52,827 bases of DNA from the NCBI GenBank assembly GCA_964571615.1, contig CAZNCT010000004.1:10758-63584 (forward strand), in the 5' to 3' direction. Each line of letters opens with the position of its first letter. Within the stretch, counting starts at the first letter, position 1. Below, one piece after another: positions 35,636 to 45,065 of this stretch. The position numbers and the translations under genes were made by a program. This DNA comes from an uncultured Anaerolinea sp. (GTDB taxonomy: Bacteria > Chloroflexota > Anaerolineae > Anaerolineales > Villigracilaceae). The notes under the pieces were generated by a model that was not told the origin of the DNA, searched no databases, and saw nothing but the letters and a program-made list of their open reading frames with translations.

Positions 35636-36214
35636 ATGCCACTTCGAGTCATCGCAGGGACGGCCAAAGGCCGCAAACTAAAAGATGTGCCGGGCGATAC
35701 CACCCGCCCGGTGACTGACCGCGTTAAAGAAGCCTTGTTCAACATCCTGGCCCGCGACGTGGACGAATCGCGCTGGTGGGATTTGTTCGGCGGCACAGGC
35801 GCCATCGGCATCGAGGCCCTCAGCCGCGGGGCGGCTTTTGTCCGTTTTAGCGACCTGAACCGCCTGCCGATAGAAACCATCAAAAGCAACCTCGAAACCA
35901 CCGGCTTCAGCAAACAGGCCGAAGTGCGGCGCGGCGATGCCTTCGCCATGCTCGCAGGCCGCCCCGATGCCGAGTTCGATTATCTCTACATTGCCCCGCC
36001 GCAGTACAAAGAAATGTGGATCAAGGCCCTGCAACTGGCCGACCAGCACCCCGACTGGTGGAGCGAGGGCGCCTGGATCATCGTGCAGATTAACCCGGTG
36101 GAATACAAAGATGTCGAACTGCAACACTTTGAAAAATTCGACGAACGTAAATACGGCAGCACGCTATTGATTTTTTACGAAAAGCTGGCCTTACCGGAGT
36201 CCAAAGTCTCCTGA
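35636..36214 (+). CDS. rsmD: 16S rRNA (guanine966-N2)-methyltransferase RsmD family
   Basis: 192 aa: MPLRVIAGTAKGRKLKDVPGDTTRPVTDRVKEALFNIL...DLFGGTGAIGIEALSRGA. Confidence 0.85.
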   Translation: MPLRVIAGTAKGRKLKDVPGDTTRPVTDRVKEALFNILARDVDESRWWDLFGGTGAIGIEALSRGAAFVRFSDLNRLPIETIKSNLETTGFSKQAEVRRGDAFAMLAGRPDAEFDYLYIAPPQYKEMWIKALQLADQHPDWWSEGAWIIVQINPVEYKDVELQHFEKFDERKYGSTLLIFYEKLALPESKVS

Positions 36215-36258
36215 CTTTGGACTTTAAGAGATGAGAAAATTTAAGAGAGGAGAAAACG

Positions 36259-36597
36259 ATGTTTGAAATTCTGAAACTGATTGCCGCCATCCTGACCATC
36301 GCCACCGGCGCCCTGGCGCTCTTTTCTCCAAAGTCGGTGCCAGGGTTCACTGGCCTGCAACCAATCGGCGGACGCGGCATCACTGAAATTCGCTCCATTT
36401 TGGGCGGTCTGTTCATCGCCCTGGGCCTGTACCCCATCCTGGCAGGCAGCAGCGATGGATACGCAATGCTCGGCTGGGCCTATCTCGGCATCGCCATCGT
36501 GCGGCTGGTCTCAATTTTTATCGACAAATCGGCCAGTCAATCGAACTGGATTAGCCTGGGCGTCGAGATTGTCTTTGGTGGCATCCTGGTGCTATAA
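36259..36597 (+). CDS. small 4-TM membrane protein (DUF4345-like)
   Basis: 112 aa with four hydrophobic segments. The family assignment is from memory only. Confidence 0.5.
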   Translation: MFEILKLIAAILTIATGALALFSPKSVPGFTGLQPIGGRGITEIRSILGGLFIALGLYPILAGSSDGYAMLGWAYLGIAIVRLVSIFIDKSASQSNWISLGVEIVFGGILVL

Positions 36598-36640
36598 ACT
36601 GGCGCCGGTGCGCCAGTAAACGTTTTTTTGGGAGCAGAAA

Positions 36641-37126
36641 ATGGACATCCAACTTGTGCAAATTGAAAAACCCGAACCAATTAACTTCATCCTGGGCCAG
36701 TCGCATTTCATCAAAACGGTCGAGGACATTCACGAAACCCTGGTCAATACGGTGCCTGGCATCAAATTTGGCCTGGCGTTTTGCGAAGCCTCGGGCAAGT
36801 GCCTGGTACGCTTCAGCGGCAGCGACGAGGCCATGATTGAACTCGCCAAGAAAAACGCCCTGGCGATTGGGGCCGGGCATTCGTTCATCCTGTTTTTGGG
36901 CGAGGGTTTTTACCCCATCAACATTTTGAACGCGGTCAAAAACGTGCCCGAAGTGGCACGCATCTTCTGCGCGACTGCCAACCCCACCCAGGTTCTGGTC
37001 GCCGAAAGCGAACAAGGACGCGGCATTTTGGGCGTCATCGATGGCTCGGCCCCAAAAGGAATCGAGGACGAAGCCGAAAAAGACTGGCGAAAATCCTTCT
37101 TGCGGATGATTGGCTACAAGTTCTAA
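36641..37126 (+). CDS. adenosine-specific kinase family protein (PF04008-like)
   Basis: 161 aa: ..GQSHFIKTVEDIHETLVNTVPGIKFGLAFCEASG...NILNAVKNVPEV...ATANP...GVIDG...FLRMIGYKF. This is very similar to archaeal and bacterial members of the family as I remember them. Confidence 0.8.
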   Translation: MDIQLVQIEKPEPINFILGQSHFIKTVEDIHETLVNTVPGIKFGLAFCEASGKCLVRFSGSDEAMIELAKKNALAIGAGHSFILFLGEGFYPINILNAVKNVPEVARIFCATANPTQVLVAESEQGRGILGVIDGSAPKGIEDEAEKDWRKSFLRMIGYKF

Positions 37127-37130
37127 ACCT

Positions 37131-37157
37131 GGCGCGGGCAAAACCCGCGCCTTTTGT
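37131..37157 (+). terminator. intrinsic terminator
   Basis: GGCGCGGG-CAAAA-CCCGCGCC followed by TTTT. Confidence 0.75.
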
Positions 37158-37190
37158 TGCGCCAGACGACCATTCTCGTATAATAGAATT

Positions 37191-38135
37191 ATGCGAAGCA
37201 TCATTGCGTTCTTGCTGACATCCCTGCTCCTGCTGACAGGCTGCGCAGGAACCCAGGCAACCCCTGCCCTGACGGCAACCGCCACACCCCGCCCGGCCAC
37301 CCGCACCCCAGGCGCTCTCCCAACCCTGCCAGCGACCAACACCCTGCGCCCAACCATCACCCTGGAGCCGAGCGCCACCCCAATGCCCACCCTGGGCCCG
37401 CCCGACATCCTCGACCCCAGGCCAATTGGAATCAGTTTCAAAACATCCGACGGCATTACCCTGCGCGGGTTTTTCTACCCGGCGGCGCGCAAAAACGCCC
37501 CGGTTGTGGTCATGATGCACCAGCACCACGGCGACCAGAGCATGTGGAATGCCGAAGACTCAGGCTTTATCCCCTGGCTGCAAAACTGGCGTCCGAGCAA
37601 TGGCGCACTGCCGACCCCCAGCGCGGGCGGGATGCTGCCTATCCTTGACCCCAACCTGACCTTTAACGTCATGACGTTTGATTTTCGCGGGCATGGCCTG
37701 AGCGACGGCCAAAAATCGGACGATTTCAGCATCTACCTGCTTGATGCGCGGGCCGCATACCTGGCGGCCAAAAGCCTGCCGCATGTTGACGTGACCCGCA
37801 TCGTTGGGATTGGCACCAGCATTGGGGCCGATGCGGTCATTAACGCCTGCGAAGAAGATTGCGTTGGCGCATTTGCCATCTCACCGGGCAGCTGGCTGGG
37901 AGTCAACTATGCCGAAAGTGCGTCTGCCATGCTGGCGGCAGGCAAGCCGGTGCGCTGCATGTACGCCGTCAACGATGGCCCTTCCCCGGCCACCTGCTGG
38001 AGCATTGCCCCGGGCGGCAATCAGATTTTTGCTTACCCCGGCCTGAAGCACGGAATGACCTTTTTTGTACCGCGTAAAATGGAAGCCGATTTTGGAAAGA
38101 ACATCATCGAATTCTTATATGAAGCCACCCAATGA
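37191..38135 (+). CDS. alpha/beta hydrolase lipoprotein (dienelactone hydrolase-like)
   Basis: Start at ATG 37191. The signal peptide with lipobox is MRSIIAFLLTSLLLLTGC, followed by a Pro/Thr-rich linker and the nucleophile elbow GIGTSIG. TATAAT lies 6 nt upstream of the ATG. Confidence 0.75.
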   Translation: MRSIIAFLLTSLLLLTGCAGTQATPALTATATPRPATRTPGALPTLPATNTLRPTITLEPSATPMPTLGPPDILDPRPIGISFKTSDGITLRGFFYPAARKNAPVVVMMHQHHGDQSMWNAEDSGFIPWLQNWRPSNGALPTPSAGGMLPILDPNLTFNVMTFDFRGHGLSDGQKSDDFSIYLLDARAAYLAAKSLPHVDVTRIVGIGTSIGADAVINACEEDCVGAFAISPGSWLGVNYAESASAMLAAGKPVRCMYAVNDGPSPATCWSIAPGGNQIFAYPGLKHGMTFFVPRKMEADFGKNIIEFLYEATQ

Positions 38136-38142
38136 GGTCCTT

Positions 38143-38682
38143 ATGAAAAGTGATGAGTATGCCAACCGCCAGGGAGTAGAAAGAATTAGTTGGGAACGCT
38201 TTGGTGACCTGACACGCGGGCTGGTAGAAGTGTTGGCCCGCGAAAAGGTGGATGTTGTGATTGGCATTGCGCGCGGCGGGCTTATTCCAGCCGCGGCAGT
38301 CGCAACCGCCCTGCGCTGTGAGATGTTCCCCATCCGTCTGACGCGCCGAATGCATGATGAAATTGTGCATTCGACCCCGGTTGTCCTGTTGGATGTCGCC
38401 ATTCAGGTTGCCAACCGCAAATGTGCCGTTGTGATTGACGAAATTGCCGATTCGGGCCAAACCCTGTTGCGGGCTGTGCAACTGGTCAGCCGCCGCGGGG
38501 TGCCGCGCGTCCTGACCGCCACGCTGGCGGCGCATTCGTGGGCCAATCCGTGCCCCGATTACACCGCCCTGAAAACTGACGGGCTGGTGATTTTCCCCTG
38601 GAACGAACAAGCCTACATCAACGGCCAATGGCAGATTCATCCAGAAATTGAAAAAGCATTACAATTGCAAGAAAGTTCATAA
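38143..38682 (+). CDS. phosphoribosyltransferase family protein
   Basis: Start at ATG 38143 with SD GAGG. The PRPP-binding loop is VVIDEIADSGQT. Confidence 0.8.
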   Translation: MKSDEYANRQGVERISWERFGDLTRGLVEVLAREKVDVVIGIARGGLIPAAAVATALRCEMFPIRLTRRMHDEIVHSTPVVLLDVAIQVANRKCAVVIDEIADSGQTLLRAVQLVSRRGVPRVLTATLAAHSWANPCPDYTALKTDGLVIFPWNEQAYINGQWQIHPEIEKALQLQESS

Positions 38683-38762
38683 AGATATTCTAGATAAGCC
38701 AGAAAATTTGACTTTTTGGCATAAAATTAGGGTATGTTGGTCTATCTGTAAATGAGGAACGC

Positions 38763-39958
38763 ATGTATCAAAATCTCAACCTGCCACGCAAAAGCCTGCC
38801 TTCGCCAAAGGAAATTCGCGGGCCTTTCCGGGAATTTCTCAATTAGAAATCGACGAACTGGTAACGCGCAGCAAGGTCAACAACTACCCTAACGGAATCA
38901 CCTTATGCCATGAAGGCCAGGTTGAGAACAAGTTTTACATTGTGCTCGATGGACAGGTAAACGTCACAAAAACCATCAATAATGTTGAACAAAAACAATT
39001 GAAGACCCTCGAGGCCGGCGACTTCTTCGGGGAAATGGCCATCATCCATAATGCGCCGCGGGCCGCTTCGGTCACAACTGCCGGGCCGACGACGGTCATG
39101 GAAATTGATAAAGAGAATTTTGACCGCGTCTTACAGCGCTCGAGCAGCATCTCAATGGCAATGGTGCGCGAAATTTCGCACCGCCTGCGCGAAAACGATG
39201 AGATGGCAATTGAAGACCTGAAGATGCGCGCCTCCGAGCTGGCAGAAGCGTATCAAAAACTGGCGGAGCAAGAACTGGCCCGCCGCGAGTTCCTGACGAA
39301 TATTGCCCACGAGTTGCGCACTCCGCTTATGGCCGCCGGGGGATTCTTGCAATTGATGCAAAAAGGCCTGATTACGTCTGAAAAAATCCCGGCTACGATA
39401 GACACAGTAGCCCGCAACATCCAGCAAATTACCACCCTGGTAAACGATATTCTCTTCCTGCAAGAAATGGATCTGATTTTGCCCAAATTCCAGCCGGTTG
39501 ATTTGCGCCTGCTGGCCGAAGACGTGGCAGATAAATATGAAGACCGGGCCGCCGCCAGCCTGATTACCCTGCACATTGAAGCGCCCTCCAACCTGGCGAT
39601 GGTATCGGGCGACCCCAAATCGCTTGAGCGCGCCCTGACCGCGCTGGTCGATAACGCCATCAAGTTCAGCCCACATGGCGGACAGGTTTTCATCCGCATC
39701 CGCGAGGAAGAAAATTATGTCATTCTCGATGTCGTTGATGAAGGCATTGGCATCGAAACCTCGCAGATTCCGAAAATCTTCGACCGCTTCTACCACCTCG
39801 AGCGCTCTGGCGACCAGTTGTTCAGCGGCATTGGGTTGGGCCTGGCCATCACCAACCAGGTCATCAAACAGCACAATGGCCGGCTGACCGTGCAAAGTGA
39901 ACCGGGCAAAGGCAGCACGTTCAGTGTGCGCCTGAAGGCCATCAAGGTCGTATTTTAG
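38763..39958 (+). CDS. cNMP-binding-domain histidine kinase (CAP_ED, HisKA, HATPase_c) with an apparent 5' frameshift
   Basis: The intact frame from 38942 encodes ..FFGEMAIIHNAPRAASV.. (the cNMP phosphate-binding cassette), the H-box FLTNIAHELRTPL and an ATPase domain. The same frame stays open and domain-like upstream (AFPGISQLEIDELVTRSKVNNYPNGITLCHEGQVENKFYIVLDG) but has no start codon. A good SD+ATG at 38763 is in another frame and hits TAG at 38844. Confidence 0.7.
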
Positions 39959-39973
39959 CAATCAGGATAAATC

Positions 39974-40006
39974 AAACGGCGGCTGAGCGTGACAGCCGCC
40001 GTTTTT
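39974..40006. terminator. bidirectional intrinsic terminator between convergent genes
   Basis: AAACGGCGGCTG-AGCGTGA-CAGCCGCCGTTTTT. Confidence 0.8.
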
Positions 40007-40033
40007 GATTCAATCTATCTATGTGGAAAAATT

Positions 40034-40576
40034 TTACTCAACCAGTTGATTAAACTCAGCCCTGAAATCATCGGCACGGACAAAACCAACCCATTTTTTC
40101 ACCAGGTTGCCCGAGGCATCGAACAGGTAAAACTCCGGCTGAAAGCGAAAGCCCAACTGACGCTGTAAATCGCGGGTCGCGGGGTCATCCGCATCGAGCA
40201 AATGAAAATCTATCTTACCGGCATATTCCACTTCAAGCCCGTGCACGACGGGCGCCAGGGTGCGGCAAGTCCCTCAGGTAAAGCGGAAAAATTCAACCAG
40301 CACCGGGCGGCCTGTATTGAAATTGACCAGCGCCGGGTCGGTTGCCACCAGCGAATCACCACGCGAGGTCGGAACAGCCTGCGGAAGAGGGGCCGCAGCC
40401 AGCGGGGTGCTCTCTGCAACCGTCCCCTCCTCAGGGGTTGCAGATGCAGATTCAGCCGGTGGTACATTTGTCGTGGTTGCAGAAGGCAAAGGGGGAACAG
40501 CAGGTTGAGAAACCGCCGACGGGGCGCAAGCGGCCAGAAGAAAAGCCAGCGCCAGCACAACACTCAATAAACGCAT
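40034..40576 (-). CDS. thioredoxin-fold lipoprotein with an in-frame TGA at the first position of the redox motif (candidate UxxC selenoprotein)
   Basis: SD AAGGAGAGAG precedes ATG 40576. The signal peptide with lipobox is MRLLSVVLALAFLLAAC. Track ORFs 40274..40594 and 40034..40246 are in the same frame and are separated only by TGA 40276-40274. The reading is ..PVLVEFFRFT-TGA-GTCRTLAPVVHGLEVEYAGK... Confidence 0.6.
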
Positions 40577-40624
40577 CTCTCTCTCCTTGAACAAGACAAT
40601 CGTACCATTTCGGAGTATTTTTGT

Positions 40625-41545
40625 CTAATATTCAAGCAGAATTTGAGAGATTTTGCCAGCAATGCCCGAAAGATCACTCACCCCTACAAAGGCCGCCCGG
40701 GCATACGGATTTCCGACCAAGAGCAAGGGCACCGGGTTGGCAGTATGTCTGCGGGTTGCCAGGTCTTCGAGGTTGCCGTGGTCAGAGGTCAGCACGATAA
40801 GGTCGCGGGTCATATCCCAGGATGCGCACAGGCCCGCGAACACAGAATCAAATTGCTCGAGTAGGGCCAGCGCGTTGGGCATATCCTGTTCGTGACCGGC
40901 GTAATCGCTCAGCCAGTATTCAAAGAAAGAAAAGTCAAAAGTGCGCGCCAGGTCAGCCAGGCGGCGGCCCGCTTCAGCGGGGGAAAGCAGCGGCATCTCT
41001 GGATGATTCAAGCGGTCACGCCAGCCCTGACCCGTAAAATCGGCAGAAATAGCGCGGCCCGCCAGCAAGTCCTGGTCGCTAAAAAAGGGCAGGCCTGCCC
41101 GCGAAACAGCCAGGGGAATGGCAGAAAAAAGACGCCGCCCCGATTCAATACCGGCGAAATAGCCTGGAGGGTAAGCATTCAGGAGCGCGGCTCGTTTACC
41201 AACCCGCGCCAGTGCGCCAAACAAACCGCCGTCTTGCAAAAAGGCCGCAACTTCAGGGTTGGGTTTGGGGCCATAGTGATACCCCAGAGCAGCCGGAACG
41301 TTTTCCCCCGTCAACAGCACCGCCTGACCCGTGGCCGATTGAGGCAATCCGCGCACACCGAGGCAGGCATCAATCGCTAACAAATCGGCCTGGAGGCCCT
41401 GAAAAGGAGCGGAACCAGCAACCAGCCTGCGCCCGCCCAGGAGAGATTCTAAAAAGGGCATTTTGGCAACGGCAAACGGGTTACGCGTCCGGTCGTCATC
41501 ACCCAGCCCAACACCATCGAGAAAAAGAAACAGAATGCGCGTCAC
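40625..41545 (-). CDS. alkaline-phosphatase-superfamily metalloenzyme (cofactor-independent phosphoglycerate mutase or phosphopentomutase-like)
   Basis: 306 aa. The N-terminus is ILFLFLDGVGLGDDD and the C-terminus is LTSDHGNLED, matching the metal-binding motifs of this superfamily. Confidence 0.7.
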   Translation of the reverse strand: MTRILFLFLDGVGLGDDDRTRNPFAVAKMPFLESLLGGRRLVAGSAPFQGLQADLLAIDACLGVRGLPQSATGQAVLLTGENVPAALGYHYGPKPNPEVAAFLQDGGLFGALARVGKRAALLNAYPPGYFAGIESGRRLFSAIPLAVSRAGLPFFSDQDLLAGRAISADFTGQGWRDRLNHPEMPLLSPAEAGRRLADLARTFDFSFFEYWLSDYAGHEQDMPNALALLEQFDSVFAGLCASWDMTRDLIVLTSDHGNLEDLATRRHTANPVPLLLVGNPYARAAFVGVSDLSGIAGKISQILLEY

Positions 41546-41551
41546 AGAGCC

Positions 41552-42121
41552 TTAATCGCGGCCAAACCAGAACCAGGATGCTTCGCGCCCGCCGGGGTCA
41601 AAACCGTCCTGGCGGTGGCGCAAATGAAAATGTGAGGCAATATCGGCAATTTCGGCATCTGACAGCCCAACCGTTGCTTCACTGCCCTGGTTGCGCATGG
41701 CATACAAGAGCCAGGTTCCGCCAGGGACCAGAACGCGGCTGAGAGTCTTCAGGTAAGCAGGCCGCAGACGGGCATGAATGCCATGAAAACAGCCAATGTC
41801 GAGGGCCAGGTCAAAGGGGCCAATGGCGTCTGGCAGACGGGTGACATCATCCACCAGAAATGTGACCGGCAGATTGGCCTGGCGGGCTTTTTGGCGGGCG
41901 CGCTCGATGGCGACGATGGAAAAATCGACCCCGGTAACATGCCAGCCATGCCCGGCCAGCGTCAGAGCATTGGTGCCGGTGCCACAGCCCAGGTCGATGG
42001 CCCGGCCCGATGGATGATTGCGGATAAATTCAAGCAGTTCGGGCGGGCTGATGCCGCTGTCCCAGGGTGGACGGCGAAAGGCATACCACAGGTTAAAAAA
42101 CCAACGGCGCAGCAGGTTCAT
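41552..42121 (-). CDS. class I SAM-dependent methyltransferase
   Basis: Motif I is AIDLGCGTGTNALTLA. Confidence 0.85.
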   Translation of the reverse strand: MNLLRRWFFNLWYAFRRPPWDSGISPPELLEFIRNHPSGRAIDLGCGTGTNALTLAGHGWHVTGVDFSIVAIERARQKARQANLPVTFLVDDVTRLPDAIGPFDLALDIGCFHGIHARLRPAYLKTLSRVLVPGGTWLLYAMRNQGSEATVGLSDAEIADIASHFHLRHRQDGFDPGGREASWFWFGRD

Positions 42122-42124
42122 AGG

Positions 42125-42613
42125 TCAGGGTTGAGATAACTCCTGGCGCAGACGGGCCTCGTCAAAAGAGCCGATGGTGCGCCAGCGTTCGACACCGCCG
42201 CCATCGATGAAGATGAAAGTCGGCGTAAACTGAAAACGATAGACCGGCGCCAACTGCACGCCAACCGGTTCCTGAACATTAATTCGCAAGACAATTAAGC
42301 GGCCCGCAAATTCGGCTTCGATGGCATCAATCGCAGGTTTGAGGGCGATGCAGGCAACGCAATACGGCGACTGGAATTCGAGCAAAACCGGGGTGCCTTG
42401 TCCAATCATGGCCTGCACTGCGGCGGCTTCACCTGCCAGTTCGGTTTGGGTCGGCCTGAGATAAAAGTAAAGGCCAATAATGGCCGCAAACAGGCCTGCG
42501 ACTGCCAGCACCTCGGGCAGGCGTGGTTTGCGCCAGAAAAGAGCCAAACCAACAGCCACCGCCAACCCGGCCAACAGCCAGACGGCGGAGTAATATTGAA
42601 GTCCGTCAAACAT
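42125..42613 (-). CDS. membrane-anchored thioredoxin family protein (CVAC motif)
   Basis: 162 aa with two N-terminal TM helices. The thioredoxin fold reads PVLLEFQSPYCVACIALKP. Confidence 0.8.
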   Translation of the reverse strand: MFDGLQYYSAVWLLAGLAVAVGLALFWRKPRLPEVLAVAGLFAAIIGLYFYLRPTQTELAGEAAAVQAMIGQGTPVLLEFQSPYCVACIALKPAIDAIEAEFAGRLIVLRINVQEPVGVQLAPVYRFQFTPTFIFIDGGGVERWRTIGSFDEARLRQELSQP

Positions 42614-42774
42614 GAAACACTCCTCCTCGATGTTGCTTCAAAGTTTTGGCAATTATACCCACAGAAAACAGCCTGAAAACGTGATTCCGAGTGAAAGATT
42701 GAAAACTTGACAGGCACAGGTCAGATTTGTGACTTATTACGCAAGAAAAAGGGTAGATTGGCGTCCTTTTCGCT

Positions 42775-42803
42775 TTGACAATTAGCCAGACTTCTCTTAA
42801 AAT
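42775..42803 (+). promoter_or_regulatory. sigma-70-type promoter for the EF-G paralog
   Basis: TTGACA (42775-42780), a 17-nt spacer, then TAAAAT (42798-42803). Confidence 0.65.
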
Positions 42804-42905
42804 TCACGGGCTTGTTTGTCTCTGGAATGCAACCCCGCGCTAAATCGCTCACTCTCCCTGGCGCGGGTAAGAAAAATAAAATCCATTGAGAAAGGTATCA
42901 ACTCC

Positions 42906-44987
42906 ATGAAAGAGTATACCACCGAGTTCCTTCGCAACATCGCCCTTGTCGCCCACGGCGGCGCAGGCAAGACGATGATGACGGAGGCTTTTTTGTATTT
43001 CACCGGCGCAACCAACCGCCTGGGCAAAGTGGAAGATGGCACAACGGTTTCAGATTACGATGAAGAAGAAATCCGGCGCAAAATTTCACTCTATACCAGC
43101 GTTGCGCCCCTCGAATACCGTGACCACAAGATTAACGTGCTCGATGCTCCCGGGTTTACCGATTTCGTCGGTGAAATGATTTCGGCCCTGAGCGTAGCCG
43201 ATGGCGCTCTTATTCTGGTGGACTCGGTTGCCGGGGTTGAAGTTGGCACCGAACTGGCCTGGCGTTATTGCGACAACTTCAAACTGCCGCGCTTTGTGGT
43301 CATCAACAAGATGGACCGCGAAAATGCCGATTTTGCCAAAGCCTATCAATCGGTTGAGCAGTTTGCGCAATCGAACGAAGCGCGCCTGGTCAAAGCGCAG
43401 CTGCCGTGGGGAGAAAAACTCGATTTCAAGGGCGTCATTGACCTGATTAGCATGAAGGCCTATAGCGGCGACGGGAAAACCGCCCAGGACATCCCCGCCG
43501 AATATAAAGATGCCGCCGAAGAAGCCCGCATGACCCTGGTGGAAGCCGCCGCAGAAGGCGATGACAGCCTGATGGAAAAGTTCTTTGAAAGCGGTGACCT
43601 GACCCAGGAAGAACTGCTGACGGGCCTGCGCAACGTTGTTCAGAGCGGCGCTTTTGTGCCTGTCTTTGTGGCCGCAGCCGGTCATGCCAAAGGTGTCGGC
43701 CCGCTGCTTTCGGCCATTGTTGACCTGATGCCCAACCCGGCCCAGCGCCCGGCGTTTAAGGCCCAGGGCAAATCGGGCGAAGAAGAACTGACCGCCAGCG
43801 ACAGCGGCCCGGTTGCCGTCTATGTCTGGAAGACAACCGCCGACCCGTTCGTTGGGAAAATGACCTACTTCAAGGTCTTCTCGGGCAGTGTTGCCGCCGA
43901 TGGTCATTTGTGGAACATCTCGAAGGGTGTCGATGAGCGTATGGCAGGGCTGCACCTGCAACGCGGCAAAGAACAAATTGCGATTAAAGTTGCCCATGCG
44001 GGCGACATTGCGGTTGTCTCGAAACTGAGCGCCACCGTCACCGGCGACTCGCTCTGCGACAAAAACCGCCCGCTCACCATTCCGGCTCCGCACTACCCGG
44101 TGGCGCTCTACCGCGTGGCAGTTGCCCCCAAGACCCAGGCCGATGCCGCCAAGATTTCCTCGGTGCTGACCCGCCTGTGCGAAGAAGACATGACCCTTTC
44201 GTGGTACAACGAAGCGGCCACCCGTCAGACTATCCTGCAAGGCATGGGCGACCAGCACATTGACGCGGCCATCCACCGCGCCCAGACCAAGTTCCAGGTC
44301 GGCATCTTGACCGAAGAGCCAAAGGTTCCCTACCGCGAAGGCATTACCCGCAAAGCCAGCGCCCAATATCGCCACAAGAAACAATCGGGCGGCTCTGGTC
44401 AGTTCGGCGAAGTGCACCTGCGGATTGAACCCCTGCCCGAAGCCGACTTTGAGTTCACCGACGAACTGGTTGGCATGAACCTGTCTCGCTCATATCTGCC
44501 CCCCATCGAAAAAGGCATCCGGGCTGCCCTGGAACAGGGCGTCTTTGCCGGATACCCGATGAGCAACGTCAAGGTAATTGTGTACGATGGCAAGGAACAC
44601 CCGGTTGACTCAAAACCGATTGCCTTTGAAACCGCCGGGCGTGAAGCCTTCAAACTGGCTGTTCAAGATGCCGGGCCGGTGTTGTTTGAGCCAATCATGA
44701 ACGTGCGCGTGACGGTGCCAGACGCCAACATGGGTGATGTAATGGGTGACATGAACTCGCGCCGCGGGCGGGTGCAAGGCACCGAATCGGAGCGCGGATA
44801 CACCGTTGTTAACGCTCATGTGCCGCTGGCTGAGATGCTGAAGTACACCACCGAACTGCGCTCGATGACCGGCGGACGCGGTTACTTCTCGATGGAGTTT
44901 GACCACTACGACATCGTCCCAACTCACCTGGCCCAGCCCATCATTGAAGCCCACAAGAAAGAAATGGAAGCCAAGAAGGAAGAGTAA
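42906..44987 (+). CDS. elongation factor G family GTPase (EF-G paralog)
   Basis: Start at ATG 42906. The sequence reads NIALVAHGGAGKTMMTEA...DAPGFTDF...NKMD.. and is 693 aa. Confidence 0.88.
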   Translation: MKEYTTEFLRNIALVAHGGAGKTMMTEAFLYFTGATNRLGKVEDGTTVSDYDEEEIRRKISLYTSVAPLEYRDHKINVLDAPGFTDFVGEMISALSVADGALILVDSVAGVEVGTELAWRYCDNFKLPRFVVINKMDRENADFAKAYQSVEQFAQSNEARLVKAQLPWGEKLDFKGVIDLISMKAYSGDGKTAQDIPAEYKDAAEEARMTLVEAAAEGDDSLMEKFFESGDLTQEELLTGLRNVVQSGAFVPVFVAAAGHAKGVGPLLSAIVDLMPNPAQRPAFKAQGKSGEEELTASDSGPVAVYVWKTTADPFVGKMTYFKVFSGSVAADGHLWNISKGVDERMAGLHLQRGKEQIAIKVAHAGDIAVVSKLSATVTGDSLCDKNRPLTIPAPHYPVALYRVAVAPKTQADAAKISSVLTRLCEEDMTLSWYNEAATRQTILQGMGDQHIDAAIHRAQTKFQVGILTEEPKVPYREGITRKASAQYRHKKQSGGSGQFGEVHLRIEPLPEADFEFTDELVGMNLSRSYLPPIEKGIRAALEQGVFAGYPMSNVKVIVYDGKEHPVDSKPIAFETAGREAFKLAVQDAGPVLFEPIMNVRVTVPDANMGDVMGDMNSRRGRVQGTESERGYTVVNAHVPLAEMLKYTTELRSMTGGRGYFSMEFDHYDIVPTHLAQPIIEAHKKEMEAKKEE

Positions 44988-45014
44988 GTCCTTCGAGCAA
45001 ACCTTCTCAAGATT

Positions 45015-45056
45015 ATCACGATGCCATTCACGCAGGATGGCATCGTGATTGTTTAT
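45015..45056 (+). terminator. 13-bp perfect hairpin after the EF-G gene
   Basis: ATCACGATGCCAT-TCACGCAGG-ATGGCATCGTGAT followed by TGTTTAT. Confidence 0.65.
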
Positions 45057-45065
45057 AATTACTTT

